DNA of 63,773 nucleotides, the filler included, from Globobulimina sp. (lineage: Eukaryota), in the NCBI GenBank assembly GCA_003354225.1. It is 30 parts of 30 records of this genome, joined end to end, with 100 filler letters (N's around TTAATTAATTAA, not from the genome) between each part and the next. Parts side by side here need not be neighbours in the genome. Positions count along the whole stretch, not along the records: positions 36,206 to 38,234 come from PIVH01009617.1; positions 38,335 to 40,363 come from PIVH01009618.1; positions 40,464 to 42,492 come from PIVH01009619.1; positions 42,593 to 44,621 come from PIVH01009620.1; positions 44,722 to 46,750 come from PIVH01009621.1; positions 46,851 to 48,878 come from PIVH01009622.1; positions 48,979 to 51,006 come from PIVH01009623.1; 23 more parts are not named here. The stretch is one strand, 5' to 3'. How positions within the stretch are numbered: the stretch's first letter is position 1; the number at the start of each line of letters is the position of its first letter. The translations under genes were made by a program, and so were the position numbers. Below, piece by piece: positions 37,861 through 49,156 of the stretch. The notes beneath the pieces were generated by a model. It saw only the letters and a list, made by a program, of their open reading frames with translations. It made no database searches and was not told the DNA's origin.

Positions 37861-38135
37861 TTAACTTCCTAAATCAAAGTCAATATCGAAGGTTAATTTA
37901 CCACCGATCGCGGTTACATCTGCATCTCCCTCGGAATACATTTCATACCAGTGATCCGACGAATTAACTTTGATAGTAGTGAAGCCGGTTCGAATTGATT
38001 GTGTAGTAAATATGTTCTTTAGAGCGCGTGTTGTTCCAATGGGGAGAACTTCAACGGTCATCGGGTTGTTAAAGTCGGCCGGGTCACCGCCAACTCCACG
38101 TCCATCAATATGAAATGCATACTGCTGGCGTCTAG
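37861..38135 (-). CDS. C-terminal part of a beta-rich protein, possibly structural
   Basis: YAFHIDGRG...GGKLTFDIDFDLGS; 5' end unclear. Confidence 0.55.
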
Positions 38136-38334
38136 CTGAGAACAAAAAAATCTCTGCGAACACATCGATTCAATGCCTAACAGCTCATAAAAGTTATAAG
38201 GGGCCCATTATCTGTGCACATGCCTGGGTGCAGGNNNNNNNNNNNNNNNNNNNNNNNNNNNNNNNNNNNNNNNNNNNNTTAATTAATTAANNNNNNNNNN
38301 NNNNNNNNNNNNNNNNNNNNNNNNNNNNNNNNNN

Positions 38335-39266
38335 CAATATCATGATTTGATCTGCCAACCATAACAAATGCTGTGTGCCCAGTATTGCGCATTTTGCTGT
38401 TTTGCAGGGTCAACATAACTCCATAGAAAGTGTCTTGATTTGTTGATTTGTTATCTTTAATTATAATGAATTCATCCAAGTTATGAGGATCTCTAACTTT
38501 GTGAAATAATGAAATATCACATTTACGCAAGCCATACGTATGGTTTTCAGCTTTAAATGGATGGAATACTTCTCCTATCCTCATACCTGTAATAGCCATA
38601 ACATTGACAGCCACTAAACTCATACGAATATGCATACAAAAAGGATAAAATATAATCTCTTCACGAATAATCAAATAATGTTTGGAAGCAATGATAAAAG
38701 CAGAGGATGATTTATCTGCTTTGCAATATAAAAATTTACGAGTCACAATTTTGTTGAATCGAATTAAATGATCTTTAACGAATGGAATTGCTGTATCATT
38801 GGGATCAGATTTATTTTGTCGTTTACCGTAATCCACTAAGTTCATCAATGATGGATTAGTTGACCAGGAAGTTGGTGTCATGGCCAATTTATTAAAATGA
38901 TCGACTGCACATAATTTGTATCTGACTGTGTTCCATTTATTAACTTTCTTACGTACCCACAGACAGTCTATCATCCAAACCATTAAAAATATGTCTTTTG
39001 TAGGAAATTGAAGGAATTCAGTTTTCGCAATGTTTAAACGCGTCATCGTGTTGCAAAATTCAAAGAAATTTGCAGTGTAAGTATCATCTGATGATAATTT
39101 GATGCCACGTGACATCATAGTCTCTAAACCCAAAGCATGAGTGGGTAGTAATGACCATATATTGTGTGAATAATTTGAGTTTCGTGTACGACCTAAATTT
39201 GTATTGAAATCTAACTAAATGTACATGTTACATTTGTATTTATAATGTGATGTGAATAACAATCAT
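38335..39266 (-). CDS. Tyrosine recombinase, 3' truncated; predicted intron 39215-39260
   Basis: N-terminal helical domain, MAITGMRIGEV (catalytic Arg), LTLQNSK (catalytic Lys region). Confidence 0.85.
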
Positions 39267-40363
39267 AAAAATGAAATGTCGGGATAGATGAAAGGAGTTG
39301 GTCTGCTATCAAAATCTGTTAAATTCCTTGATTTACAATGCAATAAAAACTTAGCTATATCAAAGCGAGACAAATCATCCGCATACAAATTTTCTGATGT
39401 TTTAATATAATTAATTTTAACCCTTAACTTATATTCAAAACAAAACCATACTGTCCAACGAATACAATCCATTAAAAACATATCATTCGTATTCTTGGAG
39501 ATAAAAACAGCTTCACAGTGTTGATTATCACACCGTAGATTTACGTCAATGTTCTCTTGAAAGAAATCCTTATAAGTCCATAGCGCTGCGACTATCGCTA
39601 ACGCCTCAAAATGAGCAATATGCTGTTCTTGAGTATAAACAATAGATTTGTCGGAGTCTAAGTATTTTGTGTATATTGTCATAAATTCAATTGGCACGGT
39701 GTCAAACGACCAATGACCCTTAAAATACGCACCAATCCCTGGCTGCCAGTTCGGTTTCTCTCCATTCGTGGCACCATCAGTATATATATTGACCTTTGGT
39801 CTATCTCCAAAGCCAACAACATCATACACATTAACTCGATCACATATATACATATATTTAATCCATAAATTTGCATCTTTGACTTCGTGATCACAAAAAT
39901 ACATAAAAGTAATATCATCGCCATAACTTCTTTTATGTGCCGTTAATTTCATTCTCATCCTACGCAAGAAAGCCGTACCCGGCCACATCAATGCTGCCAT
40001 CCAAGTTAGTGTACCCATTAATGATTCGAACTTATCACTCATCAGCATTCTGCACGAAACAATAATGATTAATATTAATAGACATTTTTTCTTCTTATTA
40101 GGCCCAGGACCGACTGTCATGTCCGTGGAGTCATAAATTAATCCACAAACCTCCATAATCCACGAAACTAGCTTTCGTTTGGCCTCTTTCTCAATGTATC
40201 CACATAAATGTAGAAATTGAAAAAATTTCTCCATCAAAAATGACTCTCTCTTTCTATCTGAGAATGGAAACGATTTAATGAAACCAATGTGGTCGTCAAT
40301 ATATACAAGATTCTCAATACGTTCATTGTATAATAATAACGGTTGTATCCAATGCTTGAACGC
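39263..40363 (-). CDS. Reverse transcriptase/RNase H (DIRS1-type), 5' truncated
   Basis: NLVYIDDHIG (YxDD) in frame upstream of the tracked ORF; ESLMGTLTW; RNase H IYTDG, HIAHFEALAI, CDN, ENLYADDLSR. Confidence 0.93.
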   Translation of the reverse strand, partial: AFKHWIQPLLLYNERIENLVYIDDHIGFIKSFPFSDRKRESFLMEKFFQFLHLCGYIEKEAKRKLVSWIMEVCGLIYDSTDMTVGPGPNKKKKCLLILIIIVSCRMLMSDKFESLMGTLTWMAALMWPGTAFLRRMRMKLTAHKRSYGDDITFMYFCDHEVKDANLWIKYMYICDRVNVYDVVGFGDRPKVNIYTDGATNGEKPNWQPGIGAYFKGHWSFDTVPIEFMTIYTKYLDSDKSIVYTQEQHIAHFEALAIVAALWTYKDFFQENIDVNLRCDNQHCEAVFISKNTNDMFLMDCIRWTVWFCFEYKLRVKINYIKTSENLYADDLSRFDIAKFLLHCKSRNLTDFDSRPTPFIYPDISFL

Positions 40364-40463
40364 NNNNNNNNNNNNNNNNNNNNNNNNNNNNNNNNNNNNN
40401 NNNNNNNTTAATTAATTAANNNNNNNNNNNNNNNNNNNNNNNNNNNNNNNNNNNNNNNNNNNN

Positions 40464-42469
40464 CAATAAATTGTACTGAATTATCAATTCTTCATAAGCT
40501 ACGATTTCCGTCGTGCCGAGATAAGACAAATTCGATATTGTTCCTAACACTTCGACCAAAAATTCCTGTCTTTGTTGGCAGGTTTTCGCCATTCCTAATA
40601 ATTGATGCAAATGCCTTTTAAATTTAATTTTAATGTCTTCGTTTAAGGAACATGATAAGTTATGGATCAATTTCATTAGCAACGGGTCAAATGTTCGATG
40701 GACCCTTTTAATTAACAATGATAGATATTCATTATTGTCTGCATTACATATAACATCTATCGCTGCCTCGCATGTTGACATATTTATAGCTAAAGCAATA
40801 ATTTCCGACGGTATCAATCTATCTTCAAAATGGATAATCATTTCAATAATAATTACAACGGCGTCAGTATAACAAATTTGTGATTTAAACTCGTCGACAA
40901 TGCTTAGATTATATAAACATTTGACTGCGAATTCTTGTGTATGTTCCATATGAAGACACCGAACCAACCAACCTAACAAACCACATTCGCAAATTTGTTG
41001 TTTACATTTCGTATCAAATGATAAATTGAATAATAACCGAATTACTGACAGTTGGATATCTGCTGATTCTCTGGACTCTGTTTTAGCGGACGCACAGTCA
41101 ATATCATTGCTTATGATATTGTATAAAATATTAATTATTCCCAGGTCGACAAATTTATTTTTATTTTTTGCGAATAATGATAACTTTTTCGAAAATGTCA
41201 ACAGTAAAATAATTAATTCATCCAACCACGTTCTGATCATATTCCTTCGTTGCAATGTCCTGATGATATATTTGACGATTCCTAATTGGACCATTTTGGT
41301 TTCAATTTCTAAGTCTTCTGCTAAATTCAATAAAACATAGAAGCAAATGTATAATAATTTTTCTTGTCTGTGTAGAAATAGTATAAATTTCATTTCTGTG
41401 TCATCCAAATTGTCTGCGTTTTTTCTTTCATTCATTGTCAATTCATATCGTTTGTTTTCATGGCTTATTATTTGCATTGTAGTTGCTCCAATTTTTGAAT
41501 TGATTAAAATTGGATGCAACTCGCTAAAATTTGAAAAACAAAAAAATATTTCTAAGATATTGCTGACGAGTTCGTTGTTTTTCTTCCTGTCTTCCTGCAA
41601 CATTCTACCTAACGCACCAATTAACACTTTATTATCTACAAATTGCGATAAATAATCGGGTTCCTATCTATTTCAAAAAGGATAGAAAATATACATGTAT
41701 TATGACGCAGATATTTATATATTTTAACTTGAACTAATTGTAATATATGATACGTTGCAAATATTTTGATTTTTGCATCGTTTTCATACAGATTTTCGAT
41801 GTATTTATCCAATTTATTGATATTGCCTTTTTCTTTTGGCATATTCTTTTCCATTTCCTTTTCAATTTTTAATTGTTGTTTCATTAATTTTTTCATTTTT
41901 TTTTTCTCTTTTTTCTCCAGTTTTTTCTGTTCTTCTTCCTGTGTTTTTTCTTCTTTTTCTTTTTTTAATTGCTGCTCTTGTTGTTTTACTTCGTTTTCTT
42001 TTTCTTTTCTTAATTTTTCTTGATTCGTTCTTATTCTTTCTTGTTTGAGTTGTTTTTCTTTTTCTAATCTTAAATTTATTTCACTGTCTAATTTTATTTG
42101 TAATTGCTTCAATTGTTCATTGTCTCCAACCTCCGCATTATTATCATTATTCTCGTCTTGTTGTTTCTGGCTAGTCTCTGTTTTAATGAGTCTTTGTTTT
42201 AATTGATTAAGTAATGAGATTATATGTTCTTGTTTTGAGGCAGGTACATATTTACATTGATCAATAATACCTTTTGCTACTTTTGCAACATTTGATTTTG
42301 GATTAAATCTTTTAATTTTTATTTTTTTGTGCGAATATTGTTTTTCCGTAAGGTGTGAATTTCCAGCATCATCTACATATTCTATCTGCATTGCATAGTT
42401 GACAGTAATCATTGGTTCAATGGGGTGTAACTCAATAATTCCTAGTTTTACTTTTTTCTTTTTGCCCAT
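40464..42469 (-). CDS. KIFAP3: Kinesin-associated protein 3 (kinesin-2/IFT), 3' truncated, 1 intron
   Basis: KVKLGIIELHP...VNY, LDKYIENLYE, LIGALGRMLQEDRKK, IFFCFSNFSELH, LLNLAED, RLLFNLSFD, EVLGTISNL. Confidence 0.95.
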
Positions 42470-42592
42470 TGCACTTCGTTGCTTTTTCTGTTNNNNNNNN
42501 NNNNNNNNNNNNNNNNNNNNNNNNNNNNNNNNNNNNTTAATTAATTAANNNNNNNNNNNNNNNNNNNNNNNNNNNNNNNNNNNNNNNNNNNN

Positions 42593-43002
42593 ATTTCCTG
42601 CGCATCGATCCCAACAAGAAGATCACCGTTCTTGTGCCTCTACATTTTATCAATCAGAGTCAATCTGTGGGCGTAAAAACGCAAGGGGGCCAAGCCTCCC
42701 ACACTATCACCGAACTTGAGGTTAGTTGCCTACCCGACAAGCTTCCACAATATATTGAAGTGGATATGCTGGAAGTAGAGCTAAACCAGATTGTTCATAT
42801 CTCCGATATCGTGCTACCCGAAGGTGTTGAAAGTGTCGCTTTGCAACATGGCGAGGAATACGACACTATCGTTGCGCAGATCAGCATGATCAAGGCTGAG
42901 GACCTAGGGGAAGAAGTTGAAGGTGAAGTTGAAGGTGAAGAAGGCGAAGGTGCAGAAGGAGGCGAACCAGAACAGGGCGCTGAGCCTAGCAGCGACGAAT
43001 GA
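42593..43002 (+). CDS. rplY: 50S ribosomal protein L25/Ctc, 5' truncated (gammaproteobacterial type)
   Basis: [20 protein letters not shown]...GVKTQGG...[16 protein letters not shown]...VHISDI, acidic tail; higher GC; adjacent to pth. Confidence 0.95.
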
Positions 43003-43028
43003 TTTGCTGATTCCTGCCGAGCCTCGCT

Positions 43029-43355
43029 TTGAGCCCCACTTTGAACAAGCGCTTGCAGTTGATTGTCGGCCTGGGAAATCCCGGGCCGAAGTATGACGGC
43101 ACCCGCCACAATGCTGGGGCAATCTTTGTTGAAGAGTTGGCGCGCATTTACAGCCTTAGCTTCAAGGCCGAGAGTAAATTCTATGGCCTCTGCGCCCGTG
43201 GCGATGTTGCCGGCCATGACCTGCGACTACTAATCCCCACTACCTATATGAATTGCAGTGGTCAGGCGGTGGCGGCCATCAGTAGGTTTTATCAGATACC
43301 CAGCGAGTCCATTCTGATCGCCCACGACGAGTTGGACATTCCTCCCGGCACAGCA
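43029..43355 (+). CDS. pth: Peptidyl-tRNA hydrolase, broken at a chimeric junction
   Basis: LIVGLGNPG...[25 protein letters not shown]; the expected GGHNG is missing because the sequence switches. Confidence 0.95.
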
Positions 43356-43724
43356 CCCACTCCACCCGTCGCAGCGCCGGCAATGAGCCCTCCCGTCACA
43401 GCTCCGACCAAGAGTAAATTTAATGTCCAGTCGGAAAAGAATTTAATTGACTGAAGAATGTTTTTGGAATTTTTGAAGAATTTAAATGTTTTTTTAAGAA
43501 TTTAAGCTAACTTTTTTCACTACAAATTTCGTCACATTTATCCCTATGGCGAAAGCCAAAACTAAAAGTCACACCAAACCAACCGGTCATTGCTCCAAAT
43601 CAATTAGTTTTTAATCGACCACAAGGTGTTTACACATTTTTTTTTGGACTTTTTAAAATATTTTTTTTGATTTTTTTTTTTGATCGAAAAATGGTGCATA
43701 TTTTCCATAAATTGCATGCAAACT

Positions 43725-44027
43725 CATCACCATCGATCACGGTGACAAAGCTTTTTTTTTTTTTGGATTCGGCACCATTTGAAACCACTATACACATAAA
43801 AGTTTCATTTTGTACGAATCATACCACACAAACATAAATTATTTTAACTTTTACTATTTGTATATGTAGTTTGTATATAATTTTACTATCAGAAATGACA
43901 AACCTTCAAATAATTTTGGTTTGGCTGGTATGACTGATAAAAAATGATACTTTTATCTATATAGTGGTTTTAAATGGTGCTGAATCCAAAAAAAAAAAAA
44001 GCTTTGTCACCGTCATCGATGCTGATG
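43725..44027. repeat. 303-bp segment bounded by 68-bp imperfect inverted repeats (MITE-like)
   Basis: 43725-43792 vs reverse complement of 43960-44027: 4 mismatches, shared T13/A13 tract. Confidence 0.8.
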
Positions 44028-44721
44028 CGTTACACGCTATTTTTAATATTTTTTTATGAATGATACTTGAAATAATGCATTTTTTGCAGTATTTTAACGT
44101 TCGCTGCTGTAAACACATAAAAACATCAAATATTATGTATACAAAAACGTTTCCCATATAATATTTAAACTTTTCTGATATTTTAAATTTGTGTGTCATG
44201 CATCATCAGCCTGTTTCTGGTGATTTTATTGCAAAAAATCTACGTGGTGATTTTACATTAATTTCGGCTGAATTATACGTGGATGGAATGGATACAAACA
44301 AATAATAATATCAATAACAACTATTCGTCGTCATCGGACAGTTGAATTGTCTTTCTGGCCTTGCCGTGACGGCGACGCATGCGTTCTGTGACGAATTGCA
44401 TTGACATGGTGTCATGCAAGAGGAATGTTTTGAAGTTAAGAATTTACGAAGAAGAATTTTCGAACTTTAAGAATTTACGAAGTAGGAATTTCCGAAATTT
44501 CAACGCAATTAATTTTCTCTTGTGATACACTGCATTTTGTGCTTGTGTAATTTTAAAGATTTGCGGTTGATATTTTTTAGATCGATGATCGTATCAAAAA
44601 CGATAAACGACGAATATGATANNNNNNNNNNNNNNNNNNNNNNNNNNNNNNNNNNNNNNNNNNNNTTAATTAATTAANNNNNNNNNNNNNNNNNNNNNNN
44701 NNNNNNNNNNNNNNNNNNNNN

Positions 44722-45569
44722 TTGTAGAATTATGAACAAATAATAAATTATTGATTGATCTCATCTTTGGTTTAGATCCTACTGGCATTACCTGCAAACG
44801 TGTAAAAACGTTGACCAACATTTCTTGTATCTTTTATTTATTATTTAATTAATTAAACATATTAACCCTTGCTATAACCTTGAAACTTGAGTTTCGAAAG
44901 TAACTATAATCCTATGTATAAATTAAAATTCCCACCAAATGCAATTAACAATTTTTTATCATTTTTGTCATCAATAAAATCCGTAAAATCAATGGAATAA
45001 AACTCTTCACACTCACCAAATTGAAATATACTTTGATTTTTAGCTCCAAATGTTGATAAACGATTCAATGTAATCGATAATGGTTGATGCACCATTCGTT
45101 TTTTCTTCTTATTGTGATGTTTAACACTCTCAACACGAATAATTGAAAACGTGTGATCCCATGACGCCGATAACAAATACGGTGCATGATATGACATATA
45201 ATATATACAGTGTTTATGTGTAATGTTTTGTATAACATATGGCTTTGATCTTAGTTTAGTTTTTGTTAATAATCTGTTTATTTTAAACCACAAGGATTTA
45301 TCTTGAATATTAGTATCACGCATTTTATTGAGTGGCAATCCAAGGTTGGGATTAACGGTTTGAGCATAAATGTTAATGTAATTATTCATGTTCCTGTTTA
45401 TTTGCCTAAATGAGCAAATGTCTTTGATTGAACAGTACTGCAGCAAATACAAAAATAAATCTTTGTACTCAAATATTTTCGATAAACAGCAATGATTCTC
45501 ATCTCCAATATTATCTCCACGTTTGCTATCAAAACGTCTCCGCTTGCTGGAGTGCATATCCTTTATCAA
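44722..45569 (-). CDS. F-box/WD40 protein, partial
   Basis: DLFLYLLQYCSIKDICSFRQINR (F-box-like), YLLSASWDHTF (WD). Confidence 0.65.
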
Positions 45570-45716
45570 TTTTTATCAAATAAATGTTTTCCTTGGCTTG
45601 CTCTTGAAAACTTTCTGAGTTGTATCATGGACGACGCTTCACCTCATAGACCAACACCAGCTGACAAACCACTAGAGTGACTAGACAGTGACACATGCTT
45701 TATCATACAAAAGTAT

Positions 45717-46750
45717 TTGGTAGCCTTTGGATGCATTTTAATATCACTGACAATTGGTTCCGTATATTCGTTTGGAAACATCCAACCATATTTATCATCA
45801 TACATAGCCTATTCAAATAAAAATGGCAATGTAGATCTGCACGAGATTTACAGCGACTACCAGTACCAAACGAATACAATCTATTGTTTGCTAATCACCT
45901 TCCAATCGATATCCATGTCATTTAGCAATAGAATCTATTTAATATTTGGCTTCCAACGGTCCTGTTTATTGGGCTGCTTCATCGTATCATTTGGCATAGG
46001 ACTCACATATTTCACCTGTGCCGATCTGTTCCTTTCGTGCCTTACATTTGGTATTATGTTTGGCATCGGCTCCGGCATTATCTATCCAACGCTGATACTT
46101 TGCTGCATGGCATGGTGGCCCAATAAACGCGCATTGATGGCAGCCATCATATCCTCTGCGTACGGCGGCGGTGCCGCTATATTCAATATCGTTGAATCCT
46201 GCTTTCTAAATCCAAACAATATCAAACAAGATAAGCGCTTTGGTTACATGCAACACCATGATTTAATGTATCATTTCCCCGACGTCTTTGTCTTATTAGC
46301 ATTGCTATTTTCGTTGCTGCAGATTATTGGTATATTATGCTTGCGAAATCCAACCGCGTTCTATGCCAAATATTACAGTACAACCACACCGTATTACCAA
46401 TTTGTAAAACATGCGGATGCGAACAATGCGACCGTATCGCCTTATTTTTTAGGGTATGACTAATGTTTTTCATCTGTTTCAGAGGTATTATATCCAATAC
46501 ATTCATATAAACACAAAGTGGGAAGGGACTAACGATGAATGACGAAGTATATTGCTATCAATATACTGCGTTGAAAGAGGATGACAATGATGATTGTACG
46601 TATACGGTGCAAGAATGTTTCTATTTGCGCGAATTTTGGAAATTATTTGTGATTACAATGTTAAATGTAACCATTTGTATGTTCATAGTGGCATTATATC
46701 AAGATTTTAGTTTCAATTATTTGGGTATAAACAATGCATTCTATTTGAGT
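45717..46750 (+). CDS. MFS transporter, oxalate:formate antiporter-like, partial, 1 intron
   Basis: GSVYSFGNIQPYLSSY, FGIMFGIGSGIIY, AWWPNKRAL, REFWKLF. Confidence 0.88.
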
Positions 46751-46850
46751 NNNNNNNNNNNNNNNNNNNNNNNNNNNNNNNNNNNNNNNNNNNNTTAATT
46801 AATTAANNNNNNNNNNNNNNNNNNNNNNNNNNNNNNNNNNNNNNNNNNNN

Positions 46851-47478
46851 AAAATATGATTGTGCTAAACTATCACATTACAAATCAATGAAATCATCAC
46901 ACGGTTCAAGAGCTTTTCTGTCTGAAGGACATAAATTAAATCCGGCTCCATCCACAGCTGCCAATTGCAATGCATATGATATGTTGGCTAACGATAATAA
47001 TTCATGGCGTAACAAAGGGGTTAGTTTCTCTCAATTGCCACGATTTAAATCAAGCACAAGTATAGCTATAGCGGCCAAGATGACATTTATGGATGCTTTG
47101 CAATTCAAGCATACTCTTGAAAGCAGCACAAAATGTAACAGTAACAGTAACAGTAAGTTGTCAAAATCATCGTCCTTTGCAGCTCCTCAATTGTTTGATC
47201 TGCAATCTACAGAATCTGTTATCTTTGAAGCAAATTCAAGATATTGGATTAGAGATAACGTCGGATTTGCAATCAAAAAACAGGTTAAAATTAAAGATAT
47301 TGCAAAGAGCATAGCAAAACCAAACGTAAATCAAGCAAAGAAATTATTCAACTCTCACAAAGAAAGAACACCAATCAATTGCAACCACAAAATGTTGAAA
47401 AAATATCTATATAGAAACACAAATAAACGTTTGAATAAAATATATGTCTTTGGATCTAATTCACTTCAACATTTATGA
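46851..47478 (+). CDS. Hypothetical basic protein, C-terminal part
   Basis: Open ORF with an SFSQLPRF motif. Confidence 0.45.
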
Positions 47479-47704
47479 CACGACACAGTGACTTTGCTTT
47501 CAATTCAACGATATATTGAGAATTTGAGATAGATCGATATCACCCCACTGTATACCGATCGAATATTTATCTTACGTTTCCAACAGATAATGGTATACTG
47601 GTATACAGGGCGAATAATGTAAACAATATACATTAACAAACAACAATAACACTCACAAAATTATTAAAAAATACTTACAACAAAACAAATAAAAATGTAA
47701 TTGT

Positions 47705-48661
47705 TCAGCGTCGATTATCTGAACATGCACTTATTGCACTACACGACATAAAATTTTGCGGACCAAACATACTCCACACATTATCCCAAAATGCAGGGTT
47801 TTTCTTTTTCTTTTTTTCCCCTTTTGTTTTTTGTGTATTTATAATTACATTATCTGATTCTGATTCTGATTCTGATTCTGATGTTGAAGAAGAAGAAGAA
47901 GAAGAAGACGTTGTATCATTTGATGAATAATTAATTTGCAAAGTCGGTTCATGCTCAGGCGGTGATTTTGTAGAATAACCAACGGCAACGGATCCGGATG
48001 GCCATGGATCATTTTTTAATCTCTCCTTTTCATGAATTATAAACAATTCCTGTCTCAGCCGTTCTACTTCATTTCGTAACGTATTTTTCTCACTTTTTTC
48101 TTGTAGATATTTTGCATTCAAATGCAATATTCTTCGCTTATATTCGTGTTTTATTGTTGCTTCCGTCTCCTCCGCGTCATCTTGAATATGCGTTATTTTA
48201 TCTTGGTAGATTTGAAGCTAATATAATATATATAACAATATGTATTAATATCGATATCATACTATACATACAGTGGATTGTTGATCTTTACATTGTTTTT
48301 CTAGTTTTCTAAGTTTATGATTACGACTGCTTTTTGAAGAGAAGGTCATGGCAGAATTTGATCTCTTTTTTCTACGACGGTTCGGGTTGTCTGTTTTTTT
48401 TGCAATTGGATAATTTGCAGACTGTACATCTCTTAATATCAATGGTGTTATAATTATCTCGTCATCGCCGTCACTGTTTGTGTTTGGACGAATATATGTT
48501 TCGTCATCAGACATTGTTGCAATTGTTGATTGTGGTGTATTCGAAATAGAATTTGGATAATCAATATTTTCCGAATCAAATAGTTGAAAATTTGCTAGAT
48601 AATCGATATCTGTGTTTTTATGTCTAAAACGGCCAGAAATCAATGATTCATCAATTTGCAT
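47705..48661 (-). CDS. Hypothetical protein, 2 exons
   Basis: ORFs 48257-48661 and 47705-48127 joined by a GTATGT...AG intron. Confidence 0.6.
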
Positions 48662-49156
48662 TGTGCTATGTAGATTTGTTTAGAATTCGCTACGCAAATA
48701 ATTTTTTAATATAATGAATAAATTGATAAGTGTTATATGCTGGCAGTTGGGTCAATGCAAGCACACTAATGGTGTAAGTTTGTTTTTTGTCAGTAAAAGG
48801 AAAATTTAGCATGTTTGTATAGAGTTTTCCTATTTAACCTTGATTTTGCTCATGATCAACTTTTTTTAAATCATTTGTNNNNNNNNNNNNNNNNNNNNNN
48901 NNNNNNNNNNNNNNNNNNNNNNTTAATTAATTAANNNNNNNNNNNNNNNNNNNNNNNNNNNNNNNNNNNNNNNNNNNNTATCTTGTAACATTTTTGAGAT
49001 TAAAATGTCATTTTCTATCGTTTTACTGGCAATATCAACCATTTCGTGGGCAATATCATTGCCATGATATTCAAATGTTGATAACAAATTTGGAACTAAT
49101 TCCATCACCAATGAATCATACTAAGTAGTGAGTAAAAAGAGTTTGTCTGTCATATC

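Larger units (their letters stand above)
38335..40363 (-). mobile_element. DIRS/Ngaro-type tyrosine-recombinase retrotransposon, internal fragment
   Basis: RT-RNase H ORF followed directly by a tyrosine recombinase ORF on the same strand. Confidence 0.92.

Noticed and set aside
45626-45720. In-frame TGA upstream of the MFS ORF suggesting TGA recoding
   Set aside because: TGA ends clear genes here (UCH, TatD, PHB depolymerase) and Trp is encoded by TGG; a junction or alternative start is more likely.
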